Assembly (NCBI GenBank): GCA_039587755.1
Contig: JBDHBD010000006.1
Span: forward strand, 9,020-73,019
DNA length: 64,000 nt
Source: Gemmatimonadota bacterium
GTDB lineage: Bacteria > Gemmatimonadota > Gemmatimonadetes > Palauibacterales > Palauibacteraceae
Direction of reading: 5' to 3'
Each line of letters opens with the position of its first letter. The stretch's first letter is position 1. The notes beneath the pieces were generated by a model. It did not search any database. It had not been told where the DNA came from and saw nothing but the letters and a program-made list of their open reading frames with translations. The translations under genes were made by a program, and so were the position numbers. Positions 29,036 through 39,593 of the stretch are shown piece by piece.

Positions 29036-29832
29036 GGGCCGTCCGCACCCAGCCGCTGCAGCTCCTCGTCACTTCTGGGGAAGAAACGTAGATCACGCTC
29101 CCGGTAGCAACGGTGATGCCGCTCGACATACGATCTCACCGGGATTAGCTCCAGCTCGGAGGTTCCGACCGCGAGGCGTGTGATGCCGCCCTCCTCGCGC
29201 AGCCTGTCGAGTACGACCTCGCCATTGCAGGTGATTTTGGGGTTGTGTCCTCGCGTCTCCATCCAGCGCTCGTTCCCTCGCTCATCAAGGAGAAGCACCC
29301 GGACGCGACGACTTGAGTAGACGTCGTGTTCCAGGGAATCCTGAAGCAGGTGGTCCGCCAGGTGCCGGAAAGTCATACTGCTAACGCCCAGGTTGAGGAC
29401 CACGGCATCGCCCTCGTACATGCGGTGAAACGGCGAGCCCTCGTCGAAAGGGGTGGAGCAGCGCTCGTGGCCCTCCGTCAGTTCCATGGCTCTCGTGCCG
29501 CGGGCGGCCACCGAGTGCGTAGGGTGCAGGCTCCTCCGCGTGCCCGGCACGCGCCGAAACAGCTCGCTCAGGAGTCCGAGTTTAGACGGTGTCCGGCGCC
29601 AGTCGAAACGAGGGTTCCTAACGAGATAAACGTCCGACAGGCCGCGCATCGGATAGGTCGGCATAACCAGCGTTCCACCCTCGCCGACGGCCTGCTCCAG
29701 GGCAGCGAGGAGTTGCATTGGAGAGCTGGCGCTCTGCGCCATCTCGCTCCACGAGCTGTGTACGAAGATGACTCGGCCCGCCAGCGGGAGCTCTTCCAGT
29801 GCCTGGGAGAACAGATCGAGCGGATCCGTCAT
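29032..29832 (-). CDS. AAC(3)/Antibiotic_NAT family N-acyltransferase
   Basis: FVHSS, GTLVMPT, FD..TPS.LG.LSE.FR, RSLHPTHSVAARG, TFRHLAD. Confidence 0.88.
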   Translation of the reverse strand: MTDPLDLFSQALEELPLAGRVIFVHSSWSEMAQSASSPMQLLAALEQAVGEGGTLVMPTYPMRGLSDVYLVRNPRFDWRRTPSKLGLLSELFRRVPGTRRSLHPTHSVAARGTRAMELTEGHERCSTPFDEGSPFHRMYEGDAVVLNLGVSSMTFRHLADHLLQDSLEHDVYSSRRVRVLLLDERGNERWMETRGHNPKITCNGEVVLDRLREEGGITRLAVGTSELELIPVRSYVERHHRCYRERDLRFFPRSDEELQRLGADGP

Positions 29833-31004
29833 TGTGCCTCGACGGCCACATCGGTGCCTTCTGTAGGGGCAGCGGGTCCGGCGTCCGCCCGAGCCCTCTC
29901 CCCCGGGTGAGCCTCCGCCGCGCGAGCCTCCTCCTCCATGACGTTCGCGTCCACTGCGAACTTGCACGCCCAGTTGAGCATCTTGTTGGGCATGTAGTCG
30001 CCATCGATTGGCCAGGACCCGGCAACGGCGCCCCTCACACCGGGCGATCCGTCGAGCTTCATGGTGCGGCGGACGTAGCGGTTCGCCAGGTACGCGGCGT
30101 CCCGGTATCCCGTATCGCCGGTGAACTCATGCAGCATAAAGCAGCAGCAGGCTGTCTGCGCCGTGCCTGTCAAACAGGCCGAATCGGCCGCTGCTCGCCA
30201 CGAACGGTCCAACCGACCGGGTATCAGGCCCTCACCGTCCATGACCCCGATCAGTGCTTCGGCGGTAAGCCGTGCCGCCCTCAAGTACTCCGACTCGGGC
30301 CGGAACCTGTATGCCTCGAGCACACCCCGCAGGGCATACGCGATCGTATGGGTCAGCGGTCGCTCGAAGTCCCGGATGTCGCACGCTTCGAACCAGCCGT
30401 TGTCCCGCTGAAGGCCCAGCGCCCAGCCGATGTTCGCTAAAGCCGCTTCGGCGTAACCGCGGTTTGGGTCGATGCGGGCCGCCTCGAACAGGCCCCAGCT
30501 GGTTTGGATCTCGTAGGTCTTGGCCCCGGGCGCGGTAAGCGCCGACGGGTACGCGGACCACCCGCCGTCGGGATCCTGGGTGGCGACCAGCCAATCCGCC
30601 GCCCGGCGCATCGACTGCAAATATCGCGATCCCCACTCCTGCACGCCGGCCGCGAGACCGATGAGAATCTGCCCCGTGTTGAAGGTGACACGAACGACAG
30701 GCACGACTCCCATCCGGCCTCCTCGAAAGGCGCCGCTCTCGTACTGGATGGAGACCAGCCAGTCGAGCATGCGACGCACGCGCTCCTGCAACGAGTCGTC
30801 GCCGGCCATGCGGGCCTGCCGGAGAACGGTTGGAGCGATGTACCCCGTCGTCTCCGGGTACGAGGTGGACCACCCTTCCTGGAGGTCGAAATAGCTCGCC
30901 ACGCCACCATCGCTGGAGGTGGAGAAATCCTGGGCGCGGCAGAGCCAGCCGATCCCCTCCTCGATGGCCCGCTGAGCGCCCGGGTCTGAAACGGGTGGCC
31001 TCAC
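29829..31004 (-). CDS. (alpha/alpha)-barrel protein with prenyltransferase/squalene-cyclase-like repeats
   Basis: WLCRAQD, SYPETTGY, WLVSIQ..SG, FNTGQ, WLVATQDPDGGW, THTIAY, CLTG, NWACKF. Start approximate. Confidence 0.72.
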   Translation of the reverse strand: MRPPVSDPGAQRAIEEGIGWLCRAQDFSTSSDGGVASYFDLQEGWSTSYPETTGYIAPTVLRQARMAGDDSLQERVRRMLDWLVSIQYESGAFRGGRMGVVPVVRVTFNTGQILIGLAAGVQEWGSRYLQSMRRAADWLVATQDPDGGWSAYPSALTAPGAKTYEIQTSWGLFEAARIDPNRGYAEAALANIGWALGLQRDNGWFEACDIRDFERPLTHTIAYALRGVLEAYRFRPESEYLRAARLTAEALIGVMDGEGLIPGRLDRSWRAAADSACLTGTAQTACCCFMLHEFTGDTGYRDAAYLANRYVRRTMKLDGSPGVRGAVAGSWPIDGDYMPNKMLNWACKFAVDANVMEEEARAAEAHPGERARADAGPAAPTEGTDVAVEAQ

Positions 31005-31150
31005 CGTAACGGATCCATACAATGTGTTCCGTTGTTTCCTGGCATCCTTCGTTTCCGGTCCAGAATCTGCGTTGCCGTCTTGTTTCGGAAGCTGCGGTTC
31101 CGTAATTGCCAGGCCCGGAACTCTATCCGGAGCCCGAGGAAGCACATTCC

Positions 31151-32224
31151 ATGCCCACTTCGACCGAAGCGCGAGAAGCCGAGAAAGCCGACGGTGGCCC
31201 GAAGACCGTCGTGTTCGCCGGCCACCTACTCCACTTCGCGCAACCTCTGATCGACCTGCTGCAGTCGGAGCCACGATACCACGTGCTCGTGGATCAGTGG
31301 GAGGGACACAGGGCCCACGACGAAGCGTCAAGTGAGCGTTGCCTGACTGCAGCGGATATCATCTTCTGTGAGTGGTGTCTGGGCAACACCGTGTGGTACT
31401 CGAAGCGCAAGCGGTCGGACCAGAAGTTGCTCGTTCGGCTTCACCGACAGGAGTTCTTCAGACCTCCACGCGCCAATTACCTGGATAACGTCGCCTGGGA
31501 GGCCGTCGACGCGGCGATCACCATAGCGCCTCATTTTCGGGATGAACTGCGAGCCGCCGGACTCATGGCGCCGGAGAAAGTCCACTATATTCCCAATCTG
31601 TTCGATACCGGACGGTTCGATCGGCCGAAACCCGCTAGCGCCCGCTTCGAAATCGGCGTCGTGAAGTATGCGCCGATGCGTAAGAGACCCGACCTCGCGC
31701 TCGAGATCCTCGAGGGGCTGAGGGCTACCGAGCCCCGGTTTCGGCTCAGTTTTGTCGGCAGGCGCCCCGAACTGATAAGCTGGGTGTGGAATCGGCCGCC
31801 AGAGCGAGCGTTCGTGATGCAGTTTCTGGAGGCGGTAGAAGCGTCGCCGCACCAGTCTGCCATCTCGTTCGAGGACTACACGAACGACATGCCGGCCTGG
31901 TTCTCCCGAGTCGGCGTCCTGCTCTCGACCAGCGATTCTGAGGGATCGCACCAGGCCGTGGCGGAGGGAATGGCCTCAGGGGCCGTACCCGTAATCCGGA
32001 ACTGGCCCGGAGCGGACCGTCTCTATCCGTCACGCTACGTGTTCTCGAGCGCCGAGGAGGCCGTCGCGCGAATCTTGTGGGCTACGAATGAAGACCACTT
32101 TCAGAGGCTGTCCCGGTCGGTGAAGGACTGGGCCTCCTCCCGGTTCGATACGCGCACCGTCGCGGCGCAGATCATCCGGCTTTTTCATGAGCCCGTCCGT
32201 CGATCCGCCACTCCGGGTCCGTGA
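31151..32224 (+). CDS. Glycosyltransferase, GT4 (GT-B)
   Basis: IPN, KRPD, LSTSDSEGSHQAVAEGMASG (Ex7E). Confidence 0.85.
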   Translation: MPTSTEAREAEKADGGPKTVVFAGHLLHFAQPLIDLLQSEPRYHVLVDQWEGHRAHDEASSERCLTAADIIFCEWCLGNTVWYSKRKRSDQKLLVRLHRQEFFRPPRANYLDNVAWEAVDAAITIAPHFRDELRAAGLMAPEKVHYIPNLFDTGRFDRPKPASARFEIGVVKYAPMRKRPDLALEILEGLRATEPRFRLSFVGRRPELISWVWNRPPERAFVMQFLEAVEASPHQSAISFEDYTNDMPAWFSRVGVLLSTSDSEGSHQAVAEGMASGAVPVIRNWPGADRLYPSRYVFSSAEEAVARILWATNEDHFQRLSRSVKDWASSRFDTRTVAAQIIRLFHEPVRRSATPGP

Positions 32225-34151
32225 GTTGTTCTGGCAGGAGCTTATCTCGGACTTCCACCCGGGCAAGATACGGGTCGCGATCGACAAGGATGAGTTCAAC
32301 CTGGGTGCCGACCCAGGTTATCTGCGTGACTACTTCCTGGGAACCGAATCACACGCCGGAATGCGAGATGATGCGGCCACCTGGTACTGGTGTCCATCGG
32401 TCGGTGCGGCCTGCGATATCGTCAAGCGATCCTCTTACACCTTTCCATCTCACCCGTCGGTCCAGCTGCCGAGACGGCTCACGTGGGCCGAGGATCCCTT
32501 CGAGAGCGGGAACTGGCGGTTCTACCTGCACAGCCTGAGGGCGGTCGAACAGCTCCTCGGAGCTTTCATTGAAACGCGCCAGGAGCCTTTCATTCGGCGA
32601 GCGATCGAGCTTGTCGACAGCTGGATCGAACACAACACGACGGCGACGCCCCCCAGCGACAAGTCATGGCATGATCACGCGACGGCGAACCGCCTGACGC
32701 AGATGGTGCTTCTCTGGCAACACCGCGTGGTTCGTGGCGAGAACGACGACTACGTCGTTCGATTGCTGTCCGCGATCCACCTGCACGCGGAGATCCTCAA
32801 CCTCGAGTCGTTTTACACACGGCATCACAATCATGGTCTCTGTCAGGCCGTCTCGCTGCTGCAAGCGGCGACCGCGTTTCCCGAGTTCACGCGCGCTCGA
32901 GCCTGGCGGGAGACGGCGCTCGCACGACTCGATGACGAAGCACGGTTCGGTTTCACTAACGAAGGCGTGCACAGGGAGAACAGCCCTCTGTATCACCGAT
33001 ACGCTCTGGTCTTGCTCGATCGCGCCTTGTCGCTCCTGGAGCCCCGAGCACACCACGAGCTACAAGGCCTGCCAACACTGATCGATCGTGCGTATCGGTA
33101 CCTGGCCCATGCCGTGCTGCCGAACCGGGAGTTCCCCCTCTTCGGTGACACGGATACGCACCACGAGGCCACCTGGATGCCCGATGGGAGCGCCGGAGGG
33201 CGGGAAATGGCCGTGCCGGACCTCCTGCAGAGCGGAGGGCTAACGCGATACTCGTTCACTCAGGGGCGCGAGGGTCTCCGTCCCGCTGACTCCGAAGCCG
33301 TCGGCCTCTTTCAGGAGAGCGGCTACGTCTTTCTCAGGGACGGGTGGCACAGGCTGGAAACGTTCGGCGACACCGTTCACTTCGCATTCAAAGCCGCTGC
33401 GCCGTCGGCCGCCCATCGGCACGCCGACATCCTGTCGTTCTGTCTGTACGGATACGGCGAACGCTGGATCGTCGACCCCGGGACACTCTGGCGAAGGGAA
33501 GGCGCGGACTCCTACTGGCGACATCTCCGCGGGGCATCCGCCCACAACATCGTTCTGTTCGACGGAGGCGAGAGCCAGAGGTCGCGGGAGTCGCTGGATC
33601 GAGCAATCGCGGGGATCACCAGATGCGACCGCCGGGACGAAGGGGTTTACGTTGTCGCGAGCTGCCATTACAAGGGCATCGGTCGACACAGGCGGGAGAT
33701 CCTGTTCTTCGATCGCTCCCGGTTCTTTATCCGTGACACCGTCGATGTGCCCGGCTCGGAGAGCGAGCACGACTACGAGATGCTGATCCAGCTCGCTCCC
33801 GACAAGCGCGTATCCTGGCTGGATTCGGCGTATCTCGTTTCCTCCTCGACGCGAGGCGACGTCCAACTGGTGATCGCCCCACGGCGACCAGAGCCGTTCG
33901 AGCTCGCCACGTTCGTGGGCCAGACTTCGCCGACTATCAGAGGCTGGGCCTCACTGGATGGGGAGACTCTGGAATCCGCTCCGGTCGTCTCGCTGCGGGC
34001 CCGCGGACGCTGCTGCGTCTTCGAAACCCTCATCTGCTATCGCAGAGTACAGGAAGCCGGTGCCACGGAGCTCTCGGACGAGGTGAGCGAGGGCTTCGCG
34101 CGCTCTTCAGCCGTCTACCGGAGCTTCCGAACTCGGAGGCGGGATGTGTAG
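32187..34151 (+). CDS. Heparinase II/III-like protein
   Basis: WHDHATANR, HNHG, GVHRENSPLYH, FGDT, FQESGY, HRHADILSF, VDPG, SAHN. Confidence 0.85.
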   Translation: MSPSVDPPLRVRELFWQELISDFHPGKIRVAIDKDEFNLGADPGYLRDYFLGTESHAGMRDDAATWYWCPSVGAACDIVKRSSYTFPSHPSVQLPRRLTWAEDPFESGNWRFYLHSLRAVEQLLGAFIETRQEPFIRRAIELVDSWIEHNTTATPPSDKSWHDHATANRLTQMVLLWQHRVVRGENDDYVVRLLSAIHLHAEILNLESFYTRHHNHGLCQAVSLLQAATAFPEFTRARAWRETALARLDDEARFGFTNEGVHRENSPLYHRYALVLLDRALSLLEPRAHHELQGLPTLIDRAYRYLAHAVLPNREFPLFGDTDTHHEATWMPDGSAGGREMAVPDLLQSGGLTRYSFTQGREGLRPADSEAVGLFQESGYVFLRDGWHRLETFGDTVHFAFKAAAPSAAHRHADILSFCLYGYGERWIVDPGTLWRREGADSYWRHLRGASAHNIVLFDGGESQRSRESLDRAIAGITRCDRRDEGVYVVASCHYKGIGRHRREILFFDRSRFFIRDTVDVPGSESEHDYEMLIQLAPDKRVSWLDSAYLVSSSTRGDVQLVIAPRRPEPFELATFVGQTSPTIRGWASLDGETLESAPVVSLRARGRCCVFETLICYRRVQEAGATELSDEVSEGFARSSAVYRSFRTRRRDV

Positions 34152-34305
34152 GATTCGCGCTACACGTCAGACTCGGCGGATTCGGTTTCGGCCTTGTCCT
34201 GGAGCTTCGCGGACCTCTGAATGCCAACGCACGCGGCGCCCCTGCCGCAGCTGCTCGATCAAGGCCTGACGACTCGTCGCTGGCGCAGATATTGTATCCC
34301 AACCC

Positions 34306-36147
34306 TTGCTACGCCTTGGCCAAACCGTCAAGAATCCCGAACAAAAACCGTGGGACACGACCCGTTACATGGAACTCCGAAGACTCGCACCTGACAGACT
34401 CGACGGCTGCAGCGAGCTGCTGGATCGGATGTCAGCGCTTACGAAGGACGGGCGGCACGCCGAAGCGGCTGTGCACGCAACCGAGCTTCGCGGGAGACTC
34501 CGTGAGTTTGCATCGAACGGTCCGCAAGACGCAGAGCAGCTGTCCGAGTCCGCGAGGGTGTTCGCCGAGCTCGGCGATACGAAAGAGGCGCTGCGACTGT
34601 TCGGTCTGGCGGGGGAGTCACCCGAAGACCCGCGGATCCTGTTCAACCATGCACTCGTTTCGTGGGCCAGCGGCAGGTGGCGGGAAGCCGAGCGGCTTGC
34701 GCGGCGAGGCCGACAGGTCGATCCGGAGGACGCAGGCCTCGCACGTCTGTTGGAGTGCATACAGGGAACGACCAGAGTCTACCGCAACGGATTCTCTCCG
34801 CGTGTGACCTTCGAGGCAGTGCTGGAGCCGGGGCCCGACGGAAGACAGCACCCGCTGCACGCCCTCGCGATGTCACTTCCTCAGCAGCGGTGCGGGTACA
34901 CGTATCGAACGCACTACGTCCTCAAAGCCCAGAGGGATCTGGGTCTTACGCCCACAGCTGTGACCGCACCGGGGTTTCCTCTCGCTGAGCCGATCCCCGG
35001 CTTCGCCGACGTCGAGGAACTTGACGGCATACAGTACCATCGGCTCGCGAAATTTCTCCCGTCGTCCGAGCGCGAAGCGATCCACCGAGAGAAAGTGACG
35101 GGGTACTCGCGCTGGGACGCCCGTCAACCCTACGACGTCTATCTGGGACGCTACTCGCAGTATTTGGGACACCTGATCCAGGACATTTCCCCGGGGATCC
35201 TGCACGCGCATTCGAACCATCTGAACGCACTCGCTGCCGGGCCCGTCGCTCGGGCGCTCGGCATCCCCCACGTCTACGAAGTCCGAGGACTGTGGGAAGA
35301 GACAGACGTCTCGCTGGGGCGTATCGAGGCTGATTCGAACCTGCATGCAGCGCACAGGGGGGCGGAGACCCGCTGCTGCATGGCCGCCGATGCCGTCATC
35401 ACACTCTCCCATACCATGAAGGATGAACTGGCTGGTCGCGGCATAAGGCCGGAGAAGATCTTCCTCGTCCCGAACGCGATCGACCCGACCCACCTTCCAG
35501 TGCTCGAACGAGATTCGGGTCTTGCCGAGCGGCTGGCACTCGGTGACGGCCCGGTCATCGGCTACGTCGGATCGCTATCCGGCTACGAGGGCCTGGATCT
35601 GCTGGTGCGCGCGTTCCGCCGGGTGCATGAGGAGATGCCCACCGCACGGCTCCTCATTGTCGGCGGCGGGCGCTGGGCCACACGGCTTCACGAGACGGTC
35701 GGCGAGTCCGGCGTGCCCGACTCTGTCCGGTTGGTCGGGCGAGTGGACCACGACGCCGTCCTGGGCATGTACTCGTTGATCGACGTGTTCGTCGTCCCGC
35801 GCCTGCCGTTTCGCGTCTGCGAGGTCGTCACTCCGATGAAACCGTATGAGGCGATGGCGACCGGTCGGGCGCTCGTCGTCAGCGATGTGGCGGCGCTCAA
35901 GGAGATGATCATCGAGAATGTGACCGGCGTGTCGTTCAGAGCGGGAAGTGAAGAAGCCCTGGCCGCAGCATGCCTGAACCTCTGCCGCGATCGGGAAAAG
36001 CGAGACAGGCTGGGCCAGCAGGCTGCTCGCTGGGTACGAAGACACCGCACCTGGAGCTCGGTGACGCGTGCCTATCTCGACGCGTACGAGTTCGCGCGGG
36101 CGACACACCGCTCGAGAGGCCAGCGCGGCATCGCGGTCCGCGCGTAG
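34306..36147 (+). CDS. GT4 glycosyltransferase with N-terminal TPR-like region
   Basis: GYTYRT, LHAHS, YEVRGLWE, VPNA, YEGL, VTPMKPYEAMA. Start uncertain (34306 TTG or 34369 ATG). Confidence 0.88.
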   Translation: MLRLGQTVKNPEQKPWDTTRYMELRRLAPDRLDGCSELLDRMSALTKDGRHAEAAVHATELRGRLREFASNGPQDAEQLSESARVFAELGDTKEALRLFGLAGESPEDPRILFNHALVSWASGRWREAERLARRGRQVDPEDAGLARLLECIQGTTRVYRNGFSPRVTFEAVLEPGPDGRQHPLHALAMSLPQQRCGYTYRTHYVLKAQRDLGLTPTAVTAPGFPLAEPIPGFADVEELDGIQYHRLAKFLPSSEREAIHREKVTGYSRWDARQPYDVYLGRYSQYLGHLIQDISPGILHAHSNHLNALAAGPVARALGIPHVYEVRGLWEETDVSLGRIEADSNLHAAHRGAETRCCMAADAVITLSHTMKDELAGRGIRPEKIFLVPNAIDPTHLPVLERDSGLAERLALGDGPVIGYVGSLSGYEGLDLLVRAFRRVHEEMPTARLLIVGGGRWATRLHETVGESGVPDSVRLVGRVDHDAVLGMYSLIDVFVVPRLPFRVCEVVTPMKPYEAMATGRALVVSDVAALKEMIIENVTGVSFRAGSEEALAAACLNLCRDREKRDRLGQQAARWVRRHRTWSSVTRAYLDAYEFARATHRSRGQRGIAVRA

Positions 36148-36160
36148 CAGCGCGCCGGCC

Positions 36161-37501
36161 GTGGTCGCGCGTGGCGTTGCCTCGCTGTATGACCGTCGAC
36201 GAGTGGACGACTCCCGTCCGAACGTCCTGCTGCTATCCGAGTACTTCCCGTTCACTTCCGAGCAGGTGGTCGGCAGCTTTCAGCGGATGGAGATGTTCAT
36301 CGATGCGATCACACCACTCGCAGCCCTCGATATGCTGTTCTTCGTGCCGGATCGCACCCGCGCATCCGATGACGACATACGTGCTCATGCCGAGCGCCTC
36401 AGAGCGAAGTGGGGAGCTCCCCGGGAGCTTTCTCTCTGCGCCCGATGGGATGAGGAATCTGGCGTCCGCCGTCCCCGAAGGTGGGCTCGACAGGTTCGGT
36501 GTCTGGCCGCCGGTGCGGTGAGCCACTATCCGGAGAGAGTCTCGTTCCAGACGAGCGGATCGGTCCAGGTCGCGGCCGTGCGGCAGTGTCTTCAGCGCCG
36601 ACCTCAGGCCGTGTTCGCGCACACGCTTGGCGCGATGGCGCCACTCCATCTGGCCGGATCCGATCTGCCCCCCATCTTCTTCGACCTGAATGACGTAGAG
36701 CATCGTAAGCTCGATCGGGAGATCGAGTTCGGCAGCGGGTCGACGCTGGACCTCCGTCGCCGAGCAGTGCGTCGTGTGCTCGACTGGAGCGTCCGCCGGG
36801 CAGTGCGTCTGGCCTCTCAGACGTACGTGTGCGCCGATGAGGACCGAGACTTCCTGCGAGAGCGACTGCCGGGATCCGATGTCATCACGGTACCGAATGC
36901 CGTGCACGTTCCGGAAGCTATCTCCCCGGTCCGTGAGCGGGTCCTCCTGTTTCTCGGCTCCTACTGGTACAAGCCCAATGTCGATGCGGCTCGCTTCCTC
37001 ATACATGAGATCCTGCCCCGCGTGAGACGGGTCGTGCCGGAGGCGAGCTTGACCATCGCCGGACCCGGGCCCGAGCGAATCCCCGAGCACGCTTCGCCTG
37101 TCGAGGGAGTGGAGATCACGGGGTTCGTTGAAGACCTGCGCGCCCTGTACGAACGTGCGCGGGTCTTTTGCTGCCCGATCGAGCGGGGTGCCGGAACACG
37201 CATCAAGATCATCGAGGCTGCCGCCTACGGCCGGCCGGTCGTCGCCACCCCGTTCGGGGCCACGGGTCTGAAGTTCGTGAACGAGCGGGACGTGCTGCTG
37301 CGCGAGGATGCCGACTCTTTCGCAGAGGCTTGCGTGCGGCTCCTGCAGGACGATGCCCTCTGCGCACGTCTCGGAGCGAACGCTCGTGCAGCCGCTCAGC
37401 GCCTGTATGATCGGCGCTCTGTGTCGAAGGATGTGCGCCGTCTGATGTCGGAAGTGCTACGTACCCGACCGGCGGCGCCGAGGGCCACAGACCATGGATG
37501 A
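36161..37501 (+). CDS. Glycosyltransferase, GT4
   Basis: VPNAV, FLGS.WY.PN.DA, GAGTRIKIIEAAAYGRPVVAT. Start uncertain. Confidence 0.88.
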   Translation: MVARGVASLYDRRRVDDSRPNVLLLSEYFPFTSEQVVGSFQRMEMFIDAITPLAALDMLFFVPDRTRASDDDIRAHAERLRAKWGAPRELSLCARWDEESGVRRPRRWARQVRCLAAGAVSHYPERVSFQTSGSVQVAAVRQCLQRRPQAVFAHTLGAMAPLHLAGSDLPPIFFDLNDVEHRKLDREIEFGSGSTLDLRRRAVRRVLDWSVRRAVRLASQTYVCADEDRDFLRERLPGSDVITVPNAVHVPEAISPVRERVLLFLGSYWYKPNVDAARFLIHEILPRVRRVVPEASLTIAGPGPERIPEHASPVEGVEITGFVEDLRALYERARVFCCPIERGAGTRIKIIEAAAYGRPVVATPFGATGLKFVNERDVLLREDADSFAEACVRLLQDDALCARLGANARAAAQRLYDRRSVSKDVRRLMSEVLRTRPAAPRATDHG

Positions 37502-38639
37502 ACGAGTTCCGGGCCTGCCCGAGATCCTGTGGATTCGAGAGCGCCTTCCTCACATGGGAACTCACAGCGGGTACGATCGGCTGTGTGAAGCGCTCTCGGG
37601 GCTGCCCGGTCTGGGTTTCGCGAGCTGCTGGCGCGAAGAAGCCGCTGACGAGACGCCCGAGGAGAAGGGCTTCCTGCAGCGCCTCGAGGCGCTGGCCGGG
37701 GGGACCCAATTCTACAATACCCGGTCGGCGGCGACCGAAGAGAAGGCGATCCGGTCATTGGGCGGGGATCGCCGCCTGGTGCACGTCCTGTACGCGGAGA
37801 ACAACCTCGGCCTTCTTCGCAACGTTCGCTGTGGGTCGAAGCTGGTCGCCACCGTCCACCAGCCAAAGGAATGGTGGACGGCACCGGTGCCCCTATCCGT
37901 GCCGTGCTGGGGAGAGCGAGGCTCGTACGACGTGAAGGAGTTCTTCCGGGGTGTGGATGCTCTAGTCGTGCTGAGCACGGCGGACGCGGAGTTCTTTCGG
38001 ACCGAGGCAGGTGACTTCGTCCACTACATCCCGCACGGAGTAGACGTGGACTTCTTCCAACCCGCGAGCGAGGCCGACCGGCACGCGACAGCCGAGAGTG
38101 AGGAGCCCGTGTGCCTCACGGTAGGGCACTGGCTGAGAGACTTCGAGACCTTGGAGCGGGTGATCCGTATTCTCGACGAAGCGCCCCGGAAGATCCGCTT
38201 CGAGCTCGTAGTTCCCGACTGCGGCCCGCATCCGCACGCAAGCGCGCTCGAGCGTCTTCGCGAGCGGCCCAGCGTCCGATGGAACGATGGTCTGTCGGAT
38301 GAGGAGCTGCGTTGTGCGTATCAACAGGCGAACCTGCTCCTGCTGCCGCTCGTCGCGTCGAGCGCGAACAACACTTTGCTCGAGGCGCTAGCGGCAGGCC
38401 TTCCGATCGTCGGCACGCAAACGGGCGGCACTACGGACTACACGAATCCGAGGTGCGCCGAGCTGACAGCGCCGGCCGATAGTGAGGCACTGGCCGCCGC
38501 TGTGCTCGTGGTCCTGTCGGCCGCCGAACGGCAGATCGCGATGGGGCGGGAAGCGCGGTCTCTCGCCATATCGGAGTTCTCGTGGTCCCGGATCGCGAGC
38601 GAAACGCTCGAGGTGTACCGAGAGGTCGCTCTCGGATGA
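37494..38639 (+). CDS. Glycosyltransferase, GT4
   Basis: IPHGVD.DFF, GHWLRD, ANNTLLEALAAGLPIV, FSW. Confidence 0.88.
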   Translation: MDERVPGLPEILWIRERLPHMGTHSGYDRLCEALSGLPGLGFASCWREEAADETPEEKGFLQRLEALAGGTQFYNTRSAATEEKAIRSLGGDRRLVHVLYAENNLGLLRNVRCGSKLVATVHQPKEWWTAPVPLSVPCWGERGSYDVKEFFRGVDALVVLSTADAEFFRTEAGDFVHYIPHGVDVDFFQPASEADRHATAESEEPVCLTVGHWLRDFETLERVIRILDEAPRKIRFELVVPDCGPHPHASALERLRERPSVRWNDGLSDEELRCAYQQANLLLLPLVASSANNTLLEALAAGLPIVGTQTGGTTDYTNPRCAELTAPADSEALAAAVLVVLSAAERQIAMGREARSLAISEFSWSRIASETLEVYREVALG

Positions 38640-39589
38640 ACGACAAGAGGCGACGCCGGAAAGCGATGAAGTCGACCTTCTGCACGATTGTCGATCGGGC
38701 GTACGTGCCGTTCGCGATGGCACTGTACCAGTCTCTGGCTCGGCAGCGGCCGGATGCACGCCTCACGGTGCTCGTCACCGACGGCGTCCCCGAACACGAA
38801 CCGGAGCCGGGCTCAGGCATTGAGATGCTCGGGGTCGACGGACCGTGCGGTAGCGGGAGCGGGAGAGACATCTATGAGAAGTATTTCCACACGGCGAGGA
38901 ACACGTTCAGATGGTCTATGAAGCCCGTGCTCGTCGACCATCTTCTGAACGCCGGGGGCCTTGACCGGGTGATCTACCTGGACAGCGACATGTGGTGCTG
39001 TGGAGATTATCAGTTCCTGTTCGACAAGCTTTCACGCAGTCACGTCATTCTCACACCGCACTGGCGGCCCGTGGAAGCCCCCGAGGTCAATGCGGCTTCT
39101 TCTCGCGCGTGGGATTACCTGCTCAACTTCCGGGACGGCTTCTTCAACGGCGGCCTGGTCGGGGCCAGCCGCGCAGGTGCTCCTGCGATGCGTTGGTGGG
39201 CCAAGGCGTGTGCGTTTCGGTGTGAGAGGCACTACTCTCTCGGGCTCTATGACGACCAGAGGTATCTGGACATGTTGGCCTCTCTCTTCGAAGGAGTAGA
39301 GGTGATTCGCCATCGCGGGTGCAACATAGCCGGCTGGAATCGACTCGAGTGCGAGCGAACGCAGGCAGCGGACGGTCGGATCCTCATCAACGGCGACTGG
39401 GACGCGGTGTTCGTGCACTTTGCGATCAGCACGATCCGCTCGATCTCCCTGGGGCGCGATCCGCTGCTTCGCCCGCTGTTCGACGAGTATCTCGAGTGTC
39501 TCGCGAGCCACGGAGTCACTCCGGATTCGGCCCTCTACGCAGCCACGATCGGCGCCGCGATGACTCCAAAAACGTCCCCCGCGGTTTAG
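38636..39589 (+). CDS. GT-A glycosyltransferase (GT8-like)
   Basis: FCTI, KP, YLDSD, LTPH, FNGG, DDQRYLD, NIAGWN, FVHF. Confidence 0.75.
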   Translation: MNDKRRRRKAMKSTFCTIVDRAYVPFAMALYQSLARQRPDARLTVLVTDGVPEHEPEPGSGIEMLGVDGPCGSGSGRDIYEKYFHTARNTFRWSMKPVLVDHLLNAGGLDRVIYLDSDMWCCGDYQFLFDKLSRSHVILTPHWRPVEAPEVNAASSRAWDYLLNFRDGFFNGGLVGASRAGAPAMRWWAKACAFRCERHYSLGLYDDQRYLDMLASLFEGVEVIRHRGCNIAGWNRLECERTQAADGRILINGDWDAVFVHFAISTIRSISLGRDPLLRPLFDEYLECLASHGVTPDSALYAATIGAAMTPKTSPAV

Positions 39590-39593
39590 CCCG

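Noticed and set aside
29829-31004. Squalene-hopene/terpene cyclase
   Set aside because: Too short (about 390 aa) and lacks DxDD; only QW-like repeats are present.
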